Source: Obrimoposthia wandeli
Lineage: Eukaryota
Reading direction: 5' to 3'
Assembly: GCA_977020255.1 (NCBI GenBank)
Contig: CDROCS010000088.1
Span: 124,001 to 188,000 of the forward strand
DNA length: 64,000 bases
Shown here: positions 13,655-24,819 of the stretch, piece after piece
How positions within the stretch are numbered: position 1 is the first letter of the stretch
Layout of the letters: the number at the start of each line of letters is the position of its first letter
Program-made: the position numbers and the translations under genes
Notes under the pieces: generated by a model
The model's input: only the letters and a program-made list of their open reading frames with translations
What the model was told of the DNA's origin: nothing
The model's database searches: none

Positions 13655-13994
13655 CTGGGGTGCGCAACAAGCGGCCTTCGGGCCACATGCGGCCCTCTAT
13701 GCAAGTTAGTGCGGCCCTCGCTAACAAAATTTATTTTTTACCTTCCGCAGGATTTGAATCTGTTTCGCCACAGTAAGGTAAATTTTACAGTTTTAAACTC
13801 TAAATTCCAAGTGTGTCATTAAAACGATTTGCCAAGATTTATTCCATAGGTTAAATAAATGTTTTTCTGAATGCAAATATATTGTAACATTTTTGAATTT
13901 ATTATGCATATGAATTCTAGATTTTCAGTGTGGCCCACTTAATATCTGAAGTGATGTTATATGGCCCGCCGACTAAAAATGTTGCACGCCCCTG
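13655..13994. mobile_element. Non-autonomous hAT (Charlie-like) MITE
   Basis: TIRs ctggggtgcgcaaca / tgttgcacgcccctg, subterminal cggccttcgggccacatgcggccc, and an 8-bp TSD tattaatt / cattaatt (7 of 8). Confidence 0.85.
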
Positions 13995-15762
13995 CATTAA
14001 TTCATAAAATTAGTATTAATTCATAATCGAATATGTACATAATTTGATTTATTTACATATAAAATAATATAATTAAAGATTTTATATTCGAATTTATTGA
14101 CGAAACTTTCAGTAGCTTTGAATAACATGTGTTTCCAAATGAATTTTCAATATTCGATACAAATTTAAAAAATTTAAAATATTTTTTCATGTCTTAAAGA
14201 TATTTTCGAATATTTATGGTGTAAATCGAATAATGTTAATACTCAAATTATATAAATAAACATTTCTTTAACCAAGTTCTTTAAAATAAAGAATTCAAAT
14301 TTATCAGTTTAAAAAAAAATTCAATTAAGGAATGTTATTAAATGAGATAAGGAATTTTTAATTATTTATGTGTGTGTGAATTGATCCTTATTACATGTGA
14401 AAATTATATGTGAGAGAAAACACACACATGAAAATTTACATATTAATTAATATAATATAAACATATTATTAATGTTATTCATTGGTTGCTAGTATTAATT
14501 TGAAAATTACAAATTAATAATAGCAAATGTTTTATCTTTATTTATATATATAAATTACAATCATAAAATAATGTAATTTTAAAATTAATAAATGTTTAAG
14601 ATATTTAACTTAGAGTTATAATAATAAATATGTTTGTATATACATTTTTTAAATACATCAAAAGTAACAATATAAAATAAGCCGGAATTTAAAAATATGT
14701 TAGAATTGATAATTTTACAGACTTTTGTAAAAATTTAAGTTATTAAAATCTAAAGAGAGGGAGTGTTTAAAGCATAAATTGTAACAACAACAACAAAAGT
14801 ACAAGTGAGTTAATATCTTGTATTTTTCTATAATTTTTTTTAAACATTTGTATTTTAGTAGTTATTAGTTGAACTTGAAGTATTATTTTTTAAATAAATT
14901 ATTTATTTTTAAAAATCATCAAATAGTACTTGTAAATTTGTTTATTTTAATAAATTAGTTATAATTAATATGAATTGCTTTGCGTTTGAAACTATTTTTG
15001 TCATTGTTTTAATACATTAATTGTAAACAATATAAAAACGCGCAATTTTTAAATTTTAATCGAATAAAATTGTATTTCTTTTCTAAAGTTACAGTCAGAT
15101 TATAGAATAATGATATTAGGCTGTCGGACATACATCAATGGATTTTATGAATAACTTGTGGTAAAATGAATATTTATCAAATTATTAATTATTTCTTTTA
15201 TTTTATAATTAACAATATGTTTAAAATAAAATTTGTGTAATTAAATCAAAGAAACGATGAAAAATTTGGCACAAATTTAAATTTAAAAATATTTGTATTT
15301 TAGAAAATTTCAAGTATTTTTATTTTTCACTAGGACCCCTTAAAGTATGCATGACATATAATTTAAGTTATTTAAAGAAATTTTACCATAATTCTTTAGA
15401 TGCATAAGCCTGAGGAAAACTTTGATCTAAATTTTCACATAGAATAGTGTGTGTGTTGTTACGTAATACATTCCTTAACTGATAAGAGTGAACTTTCACA
15501 TAGAATAATTGATTGATAGATGTTTTTGGTACTTTAATATTTTATTTTAAAATTTGTTAAATTAAAATTTGTTTAAATTTAATAATATCTAACAACTTAA
15601 ATTGGCGCAAATTTAAATTTAAAATATTATTTTGAAAAAAACAAAATACAAGTATTTTTATTTTTTCCACCAGGAAATCTTAATTTTATTAAACAAAATT
15701 GGTTAATTACATTAATAAAAGAGATAAAAATTTTAGTAAATTTAAATATTTATGAAAATAAC

Positions 15763-15802
<40 letters not shown>
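15763..15802. repeat. (AAT)n microsatellite
   Basis: About 13 uninterrupted AAT units. Confidence 0.95.
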
Positions 15803-15804
<2 letters not shown>

Positions 15805-17100
15805 GTTAGTAAAGTAATTTGAGTTTATTAACATTTTCCTTAATATTTATTTTAAATAAAATTACTTTAATATTTTATTTTAAAAAACCCTTTAAATTAA
15901 AATTAGTTACAATAGAAACCATAAAAAATTTGGCACAAATTTAAATTTAAAAATATATTATTTTTTAAAATACAAGGAATTTTATTTTTCACCAGTACCT
16001 CTTAAAGTATGCATGACCTTAAGGGTATCTTTGAACTCAATTTTCATAGGCAAATACAACCATGTAATAAAATTATCATGTTTGTTCCAAATCTGACCCT
16101 TAACTTGTGGAGGACCATAAAATTTTTACATGATTAAACTCGTAGTATGTTGAAAAATACAACCATGTACTTGAAACTATGAAATTCACCCAAAAAATTT
16201 AATCCTTCATCTATGGACAACAATACCTTTATGAATGAATTCGCCTTCTAAAGATGATTCCAACTATGTACTAAAACATTGATATTTTAAACTTGATTTT
16301 GTCTTTAGCCCGACCCCTTCATTTATGGTCGACCTCAACCCTTTAGATGTATTGGTCAACTATAGACGGTCACGACCATACCTTCAAACCTTCATAACCT
16401 TTCTGAGCCAGACCCTTATGGTGTGGCAAGACACCCCTATGGTGAGGCAAAATATAACCTTATGGTGTGACATCCCTATGGTGTGACACCCTTATGATGT
16501 GACACTCTTTAACATGGTGTACGCACACAAGGGGAGACCCCCCAGTGGTCTAGACTCCATCAAAGTACCTACTGACTTGTTATTTTATTAATAAAGTAAT
16601 TTTTCAAATGACTTCATATTTGTAATATTTGAAGCCTAATAATAACACTAAATCAATGCTCTCAAAATACCCAGAAAGTATTACGGATGTCTCAATGTCT
16701 TTTCGATCATAGTTTTCAGCTTACTGGTTCAATGTTGTATCCCAATTATATCAGTTATGTAATAATTATTCAATCGAAATACTAAATATTTTTTTAGGAT
16801 TTTATTGTATTTTAATTATTTAGAGGGATGTCTTATGTTTTTTCTCATTTGAATATATTTAAATGCATTTTAAAATACTAGAAATTTTGATAAAACAAAT
16901 TATATTTTCTTTCCTATGGAAAGAAAACATATGCAACTGGTATTTTATAATTTTATTCTTTAGACTGTTAAAATTATCATTGGAATAATTCGTATCAAAA
17001 CATTCCAAAATATTAGTTAATAAATATTTCTCTTTGATTGGTTTTGACGCTCGAAAGATTTTCTTCTAATTTCCAAAGTATATTCTATGGAATCTGAAAA

Positions 17101-17352
17101 TGTCGATAACATATTAAATATTTCGATAATACATTATTTGATTAAACCGTTAGTAAATAATGTTTGTGATTATATTTTAAAATTATAGATTGAGGACTTA
17201 ATGATAATATAATTCAAGTGTAGGTTGATTGTTTGATATATAATACATAATTATAGAACCAGAGAAATGATTTGTTAAAATTTTATCATATATGTTAGAA
17301 AAACCCGAATGTGCAGTATGTTTAATTGTAAAAGTACTATTACGTCAGAACA
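17101..17352 (-). mobile_element. Putative 3' LTR of the Bel/Pao element
   Basis: On the minus strand it begins TGTTCTGA right after a purine tract. The ...TATCGACA end at 17101 is tentative. Confidence 0.5.
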
Positions 17353-17365
17353 CACCCCTCTCCTT
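17353..17365 (-). other. Polypurine tract of the Bel/Pao element
   Basis: Minus strand AAGGAGAGGGGTG immediately before TGTT and after the last pol-like codons. Confidence 0.6.
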
Positions 17366-17399
17366 GACCAAATCCGATCTCCTGGTTTGTCAACCCTAC

Positions 17400-20190
17400 A
17401 AAGGATGACCTAATAACTGCCGTTTTAAACCTTTGCCAGAAGCAGCGTCTGATCTTCTCTTATTAATGCACATCTTGCGTCTTCTAATTCCTCTATCGAT
17501 AATTTTTCCAACTGTCTTTCTAATTTTGGAACTCGACAGTTTTTTACGAATATATTTTTCCAAGTTCGTACTCTAATCAGTCTTCTCCAATCTGAAAAGG
17601 TGTCTGTACTGAATGCGTCTGTTTGTCTCACATAGGTTCTATCTTTCGTGGTTTTGTTAAAAAAACAAGGCACCTTCTTTCGTTCAGTTTTTGATTCTTT
17701 CGTATTTATTTTTTTATTTCTCCTGCTTTAAAAATTCTGGTCCTTCCCACCACATTCTCGACTTTACCAATTCTTCTACATTTATTCCTCGGGATAGTAA
17801 ATCCACTGAATTTTCTTTGGTAGGAACATACTGCCATTAATTGTTTGTCTATGAATATTGGATACTCTATTTGCTACAAATGTTTTATCCAGCTCAACGT
17901 GGTCATGATATCACTTCAGAATGTTATTTGTTTCATTTCAATTTTTAACGCTTCCGCCACTTTTCTTCCCATGGTTAATCCTACACAAGCTGCTATTAAC
18001 TCCAACCTTGATAGACATATTGTAGATATGGGGACTACCTTTGCTTTCGCTATTACTAATGTATTGCGCACTTCCTCTCTCCGTTCACAAGCATAAATTA
18101 CTGCTCCATAAGCTTTTATTGAAGCATCTACAAAATGTGGTAATCTGTCACTGATTTCTCAAATATTTTTAAACATCGATTCATTCGTATTCTGTCTAAG
18201 TATAAACAATCGTCGCTCCATTTGTTTATGGTAGTTGTTGATTTTTCATCCAATTCATCGTCTCAATCTGCTGCACTTAACCATATATCTTGCATAATCA
18301 TCTTTTCCTTTATAGTAAATGCACTCACCATTCCTATTGGGTCATATAATCGTTCTATGAGACTGAGAAATGTGATATTAAATTTTAAAAAATTCCTCAT
18401 GCATCTCATTTCACTCCTAATGTCTTCGTTGTTACTTCATCTTCTTCTTCTATCTTCCATTCGGTAGCTCGCTCATCTTCAGGTACAGTCTTCATCAATT
18501 CTTCGCTATTGGTTAACCACTTTCGTGTTTTCATTCCTGCTGCAGCCCACACTTCTTTTAACTCATACTTCAATTTTAAACCTTGTTCGAGTGTGGTGAC
18601 CGAATCAATACTACCATCCATATAGGTAGAATATAATATTGTTTCAACAGCTCTCGGGTACTTCTCTTGGTAGCTTCTAGCATTCTCTTGTGTGATCAAC
18701 TGTGCCAGAAAAGAGATGTATTTAAACCAAATACCAATCGGTTGAACTCTAGTTGCCGCACCTTACCATCTATCCACCATAAAAATCTAAGATACGGTTG
18801 ATCTTCTTTTGCAACCTGTTTCTGTAGGTACATATCCTGAATGTCGCATGTCAATGCTACTGGGTGCCGTCGGAATCTTGCTATATTGTTATCAAGTCAC
18901 CCTGGAGTTTTGGACTACATTCTAAAGCATCATTCAAACTCATTCCGTACACTTTTACTGCTGCGTCAAATACAATTCTCACTTTTGAGGTAATTTTATC
19001 ATTATGTACCATTGGGAAGTGCGGTAACAACCACTTTGTTTCCACTTCATTCTTTTCTTCTACTACTCTAATATACCCCTTCTGTAAGTGGCCTTTTATT
19101 ACTCGGGTATATGCTTCTTCTAGCTGATTATCCCGTTTAAAACGTTGTGTCAAATTATCCAATATTATTTTCGCCATTTCCTGACTCTTCTGTAATTTAT
19201 CTTTTTCTATCTTCCAAGGTAATTTTACCCGATACATCTCGCCATCGTACCTCATATTTTCTTTTGTCATCTGTAATAATTTATTGTCTTCAGTAGATAT
19301 CTTGGTTTTCTCCAGTTCTTCCTCTACCTTCCAAAAACGTTGAAGTGTCTGATCTAGTTGCTCATTACCTTTAAAATACGTCCTTATGAAATTAACCTGC
19401 TGCCGCTGGTCTACATCAACCTTCCTTACACATGTCCACCCGAGTGGAGTTAATCGTGCCACTGGCTCTCCCTCTCGCCCAGCAATCTCTCTCAATACCC
19501 GATGTGTCCACATACAATCGGCTCCTATAAGTACGTTCACCTTCCGCATTCTTCTATCTTTCTGAGGAAATTTTATCTTCCTGAGATGTGTCCCCTTTTG
19601 TACCTCATCTACCCACTCATAAACTTTCAAGTCACCGGTCAAGTTATTTACTGTGAGTGCATCTAGTTGCATTCTCTCCAAACTATCTACCCCTTTCACT
19701 GTTAATGTCACCGAGGTGGTGGCTATTTCGTGTACTCTACCTCCGATAACACTGACTGGTACTGTCTGTCTTGTACCTTCTGCCTTCAATGCCTTCGCCA
19801 CCCAACTGTTGACGTAGCTGGTGGTGATACCATCATCTAATAGCGCATTTACCTGCACTGTTCTTTCCCCATTTCTGAGGACGACTGGCGCGATCCTCAA
19901 TGTAATTACTTTGCTCTTTCCACCTAACTTAATGTGGTTTGTGAATTTCACCGGTGACATTGTGCTCCTCTTCCATTCCCGATGCACCAATAAGTGGTGC
20001 TTTGTTGGATATCCAGCCACATTACAGAACTTCCTTAACTTGCATTCATTTGCCTGATAGCCTTCATTGAGACAATTAAAACAGAGCACATTCTTTCTTA
20101 CGAACTCCCACATCTCGTCCAAATGCAAGCTCTTGAACTTCTCACATTGACTCAAATAATGATTTTCTCCGCATTTTCGCAACTCTTCTT
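17400..20190 (-). mobile_element. pol: Degenerate Bel/Pao retrotransposon: gag zinc knuckles, protease, RT, RNase H; integrase deleted
   Basis: CGENHYLSQC...LCFNCLNEGY..C...HHLLVH; ALLDDG; LPHFPMV...KVRIVFDAA...SLNDAL; RFRRHPVALTCDIQDMYLQ; TYMDG; YDPIG; FVDASIKAYGAV...SRLELIAA; FSDWRRLIRV...LSIEELEDA. It then jumps to FWQRF and the PPT with no DDE core. Confidence 0.92.
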
Positions 20191-20629
20191 CCACGTTGTT
20201 CGCTGATCTTGGTGTCAATGTGAATTCTATAATCACTTTCTTAGTCGTAAACACATTGGAGTTTTGATGCAGTTCTGCAACTAATGTATTTCCATCGAAG
20301 TATGACACTCTATGACACTCTAAGTTCGCACAGAAATTCGTTTGTTAGTGCATCTTTCACAATGACTTCTTTCGCCACATCTGTTGGGTGTTTTCTTTCG
20401 AAAACGACTATGATCTCTTCGTCTTCTTCTAATATGTCTTGTGGTGCGATGTGTCGGATTACTTCTTTTTCATCTTGGTGCTTCATTCTGAGCATACCAA
20501 TTCTCACTGGATCTTTCCAACATTGTTGACAATATACAAGATTCCTTCTTTTATCGAGTATTTTTTCGTCATTTCATCGTTTAGATCTCCTTTCAATAAC
20601 ATTTCTTTGATTAGACTCAGTTCTTCATC

Positions 20630-21335
20630 TTATTTCTGTTCCTTGATGATCTCTTTGTCTATTTTACCCGTCTTCAGCAAAATCGTTAGTAGATTTGCTT
20701 CTCCTTTTTGGTCGTTGACTTCATCTTGACCTTCTTCTGGAATTATGTTTCCTTTCTCGTCTACATTTATCAATCTCGACAAACAATCTGCATTGCCATT
20801 CGACTTTCCGGTTCTATAACGGATTTCTAGATCAAATTCGGCTAATTTCAGAAACCATCTGTTTAATCTACTCATCTCGACTCTATGTTTATACAAGAAC
20901 TGTAGTGGTTTGTGATCTGTATACAGGAATACTTTTTGTCTTAGCAAGTAGTGTCTGTACTGTCTACATGAATATACTATGGCTAGACATTCCTTTTCAA
21001 TAACAAAGTATCCTCTTTCAGCTCTGTTTAACCCTCTACTCGCATACGCGATGACGTGTTCTCTTCCTTCTTCATCATCTTGTCCCAATACTGATCCTAC
21101 AGCATAGTTACTTGCATCTGTCATTAGTATGAATTGTCGGTTTATATCTGGAAACGCTAATATTGGTGCTTTTATCAGTCTTTCCTTTAAATGCTCGAAC
21201 GCTTGTTGTGCTTCTTTTCCCCATATGAACTTCTCATTTTTCCTCGTCAACTTTCTCAATGGTGTTGCTATATCTAAAAAATGTTCAACAAATCGTCTAT
21301 AATAGTTTGCAAGACCTAAAAAACTCTGTATTTCC
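20630..21335 (-). pseudogene. pol: Gypsy RT connection and RNase H
   Basis: IQSFLGLANYYRRFV, LIKAPILAFPD, LMTDASNYAVGSVLGQ, VIAYASRGL, EKECLAIV, YTDHKPL, RWFLKLAEFDLEIRYRTGKSNGNADCLSR. A small deletion or frameshift near 21340 separates it from the RT ORF. Confidence 0.95.
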
Positions 21336-22050
21336 TTAATGTGCTTTTACTTTCTCGATCTTTGCTGGATCAGGTCGGATGCCTTCTTTCGATACTATAT
21401 GTCCTAAAAATGTTACTCGCTCTTTAGCCCATTCGCATTTTGTAGGTTTAACTTTTAATTTAGGGTTTTCCAGTCTTTTAAATACAACTTCAAGATTTTT
21501 TAAATGTTCTTCGAACGTTTTAGAAAATATTATTATGTCATCGATATAAACCGTCGTGTTTGCACATGATGCGAGTACAAACTTCATGCAACGCTGAAAT
21601 GTTGCTGGCGCTCCTGTCAGTCCGAATCGCATTTTTTCGCATTCGTATAGTCCATCTCCGCAGGAAAAGGCTGTTTTGTGTTTATCCTCTTCCTCTATCT
21701 CGATTTGCCAGTATCCACTCTGCAAATCTAATGTTGTAAAATAATCTGAATTACCCAATTTATCGAGCATCTCTTCGATTCTAGGTAATGGATACACATC
21801 TTTTCTTGTGATCTTGTTCAGTTCTCTGAAATCTATACAGAATCTCATTTTCCCATCCTTCTTTTTTACCAACACCACAGGTGCTGAGAATGGCGAAAAA
21901 CTCGGTCTAATTACTCCTGTTTTAGACATATCTTCGATCTGACTTTTTACTTCATCTTGTAACTGTAATGGTACTCGATATGGTCTTCTTCTGACTACTT
22001 TGTCTTCTGTCAGTGGTATTGTATGTTTTATGACAGGTGTTTCTCCTATG
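21336..22050 (-). pseudogene. pol: Gypsy reverse transcriptase core
   Basis: VIRPSFSPFSAPVVLVKKKDGKMRFCIDFRELN, YPLPRIEEML, LDLQSGYWQI, FGLTGAPATFQR, VYIDDIII, FLGHIVS. Confidence 0.97.
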
Positions 22051-22509
22051 TCATATGGATTTTTTGCAATTACTTTTGGAAATTTATGTATTAGATCAAG
22101 TAATTGTTTCTTTTCTCTAGTTGTCAGTCTTTCTGATTGGATTACTATTTCTTCGTAATCATTCGTATCTTTATCGAGTTTCATAGCACACACAGTGGGA
22201 TTCTCCATCTGTGCTATCTTTCCCAACCTCATTCCTCTGTATAACAGGATGTCATTGTTGGTTGTATTCATCAGTCTAACTGGTATTTTGTGGTTTTCAA
22301 TCAGACATACTGTACTCACAATTGGTAATTCATATTTATTTATGAAATCCCGTGATTGTTCGAACACAACTGGTCCTTTATCTTCTGATAATGTGTGACC
22401 TTGAATTAGAAATTGTGATCTTTTACCGATTTTTATAGGATTTTCAATAATTACATCAATTTGGTTTATTTGTCTGTTTGATGTACTATCTTTCAATCTT
22501 GGATCTTGT

Positions 22510-22820
22510 AAATCAATACTTATCCCTTTGAGTTGTGATAGTACATCCATTCCTAAATTTGTAGGTTCAGGACATTCTTTCATGATTCTAACTGATATAG
22601 TGATCGTATTACGTCCAATTATAAATGTACATGTTAATATTCCTGTCACTTTTACATGGTCTCCATTAACCGATACCAAGAATTCATCTGGTTCTGCCAT
22701 TGTTTGTTTCGTTTCCTCTATCAAACAATCTTCACTTACTATCGAAACTACAGTACCTGTATCAATTAAGGCTTTTACTCTTAAATTATTTACTCTAATG
22801 ATAGCTGCTGGTCGCTGTGT
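22510..22820 (-). pseudogene. Aspartic protease 2 (canonical pre-RT position)
   Basis: VKALIDTGTVVSIV...LGMDVL retropepsin motifs. Confidence 0.9.
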
Positions 22821-22899
22821 TCCATTTATATTTCCCATATGGTATATCGTATTTATCGAATTATTACATTTTGTCGGTCCATTGTTTGGATAGTGAAAT

Positions 22900-23045
22900 C
22901 TAATATTTCTCACTTGTCGATCTATTATCTTTCTACAAATTGGACATGTTACCTTTCCCTTCGCACATCTCTGGCATGTTCTCACATGTCCACATGGTAA
23001 AAAGGCAACTTCTACTTTGTTGACCATACAAACTGCGCATTCCGG
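22900..23045 (-). pseudogene. IAP-type C3HC4 RING finger
   Basis: Hand translation CAVCMVNKVEVAFLPCGHVRTCQRCAKGKVTCPICRKII. The F.PCGH..TC..CA....CP.CR pattern is typical of IAP RINGs. Confidence 0.9.
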
Positions 23046-23109
23046 ATCTTCTAGTATGCATTCTAGTTCATTTATGTACTTTTTCTATTTTGTTTCAATT
23101 GTACTGTCA

Positions 23110-23500
23110 TCTTTATCTCGTAGTAAATCGAAAATTGATCCGTATCCATTTCATGTAGTTTATATTTTTAATTCCACCAAATCTCTGATTCTTTCTACTT
23201 CTTTTGGATATAGTCTTCTCACGAATGACACTACCGGTGTGTCTTGTTGAGCCAAAATCTCTTTCTGTGTGATTTGGTATTCGACTATACATTCAGTTTT
23301 CTGTTCTTTTTGCTTTATTTTGTTTTTAAAAATACAAAACTAGCAAAATTCATGATGCAAAGTTTTCTTAGGTAACTCAAGAGTATATCTGTCGATAATT
23401 CGTTCTTTTTTACACTTGTGGCATTTAATTACGTCTTTACCATCCTTTTTTTATAGCAAAAAGTCCCTTTTTTGCTAATTTTTTAAGTCTTGGATATTCG
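23110..23500 (-). pseudogene. Degenerate second BIR repeat plus IAP-like UBA segment
   Basis: Hand translation across a frameshift and stops: LAKKGLFAIKK/DGKDVIKCHKC...TLHHEFC*FC (BIR-like), then PVVSFVRRLYPKEVERIRDLVELKI...GYGSIFDLLRD, which resembles the XIAP/cIAP UBA region. Confidence 0.55.
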
Positions 23501-23689
23501 AAAGTTACTTCTCAATATTGTTCGTCACATTCGTTTACTTCTCGCATTACTTCGAATATGTCTTCAATTCGACTATTTGTTATCACCCTGCCTATTATTT
23601 GAGCTTTTTCTCCTTCTGGAATCTCATCACTGTTGTCGAAGTCGGGTGCTTTCCCAGTTTGAATTTCTGGTTCATTTGCAGTTCTCAAT

Positions 23690-23900
23690 TTCAGGAGGAA
23701 TGGACATGTTGGTGTTTCTCTTTTATGACGTTTCATTGGGTTATCATTGTTTATCCAATTTCTAAACTTTACTCTACAATATACGCATCGTACTACTTTC
23801 TCAGAACCAGAATCTTTTGTCGTGTCTCCGTTTAACATTTGTAAACCCGTTCTCGCCATTTTGCGTGACATTTCTTTTGAATAGTACGGTTCTAGTGACC
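23690..23900 (-). pseudogene. BIR (baculovirus IAP repeat) domain
   Basis: MARTGLQ...VVRCVYCRVKFRNWINNDNPMKRHKRETPTCPF has the C-x2-C...W...D.P...H...C zinc-binding pattern. Confidence 0.88.
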
Positions 23901-24149
23901 TTCGTCTATTTCTCTCGATTCTAAAAGGATCTGTTTCTGATATACTCTTATATGTTATTTTCCTCCTCCCCATGGCTTGTGGTCCGTTGTCTACTCCTTT
24001 GTAGTGAAGTATCAACTTTACTAACACTTCCTGTTTCCTGTTACGGTACGGATTTCCCATGCGGAACCTAGTGTATTTTTCCTTTTCAACTGTAGGTCCT
24101 CTCAACATCTTTATCTCTCTCACTGAACTGTTGTTATTTAAACTCTTGT

Positions 24150-24470
24150 TGTTTGGTAATATTATTATTCCTTCAAACATTCGTATTACGTCCATCCCAA
24201 TCATGACTGGACTACCACAATCTGTGAATATTCTAGCATTTAACTGCAATGCTCTTCCATCGATAGTTAACTTACATTTCAGTGTTCCTTCTGATACTAC
24301 ATCTGTACCATTTATATTAACAAATGTTTGTTTTCTAGGACATACTTCTCCTAATTCTTTTGATGACAAGATTTCTTTACTCAGTACTGATACTGCAGAT
24401 CCAGTATCAACTTCGGCAAGATATTCTCTTCCGTTCAGTGTTACTGCTACTTGTGGTGGAGCATTCGGAT
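24150..24470 (-). pseudogene. Aspartic protease 1 (extra protease, in frame after the env TM)
   Basis: VTLNGREYLAEVDTGSAVSVL...VMIGMDVI retropepsin motifs within ORF 23512-25869. Confidence 0.9.
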
Positions 24471-24819
24471 TCTCATTGAATATCCTAGACTTCAGAATTC
24501 TTCTGGAATTATCTTTTTTGTCTCTTTCCTCTGCTTGTGGAATCTCACTGTAGTTCACTCTAGGCCATCTTATCATTAAAATGCCTCCCTTGAACTTTTT
24601 CTTCTCTTCCTTTAGTTCCTTCATTGGATATAGGTTTAGCGCCACTTCTTCCTTGTCTGGTAACGGAATCTTTGGTTTTCCTGTATTTGGTATCTTCGCA
24701 TATTCTCTTGGACTATCGTTATCATCGTCGTTGTCGTCTCGGTAGGTTCTTGGTTCTCGTATCATGGTTCTCGTTTGATGTTGCTCCTTCTTGAGGGCTC
24801 GCAACTCGTTCTCATGATG

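Noticed and set aside
22900-23900. Independent host IAP gene or baculovirus insertion
   Set aside because: Intronless, in frame with both flanking retroviral proteases, and no other baculovirus genes present.
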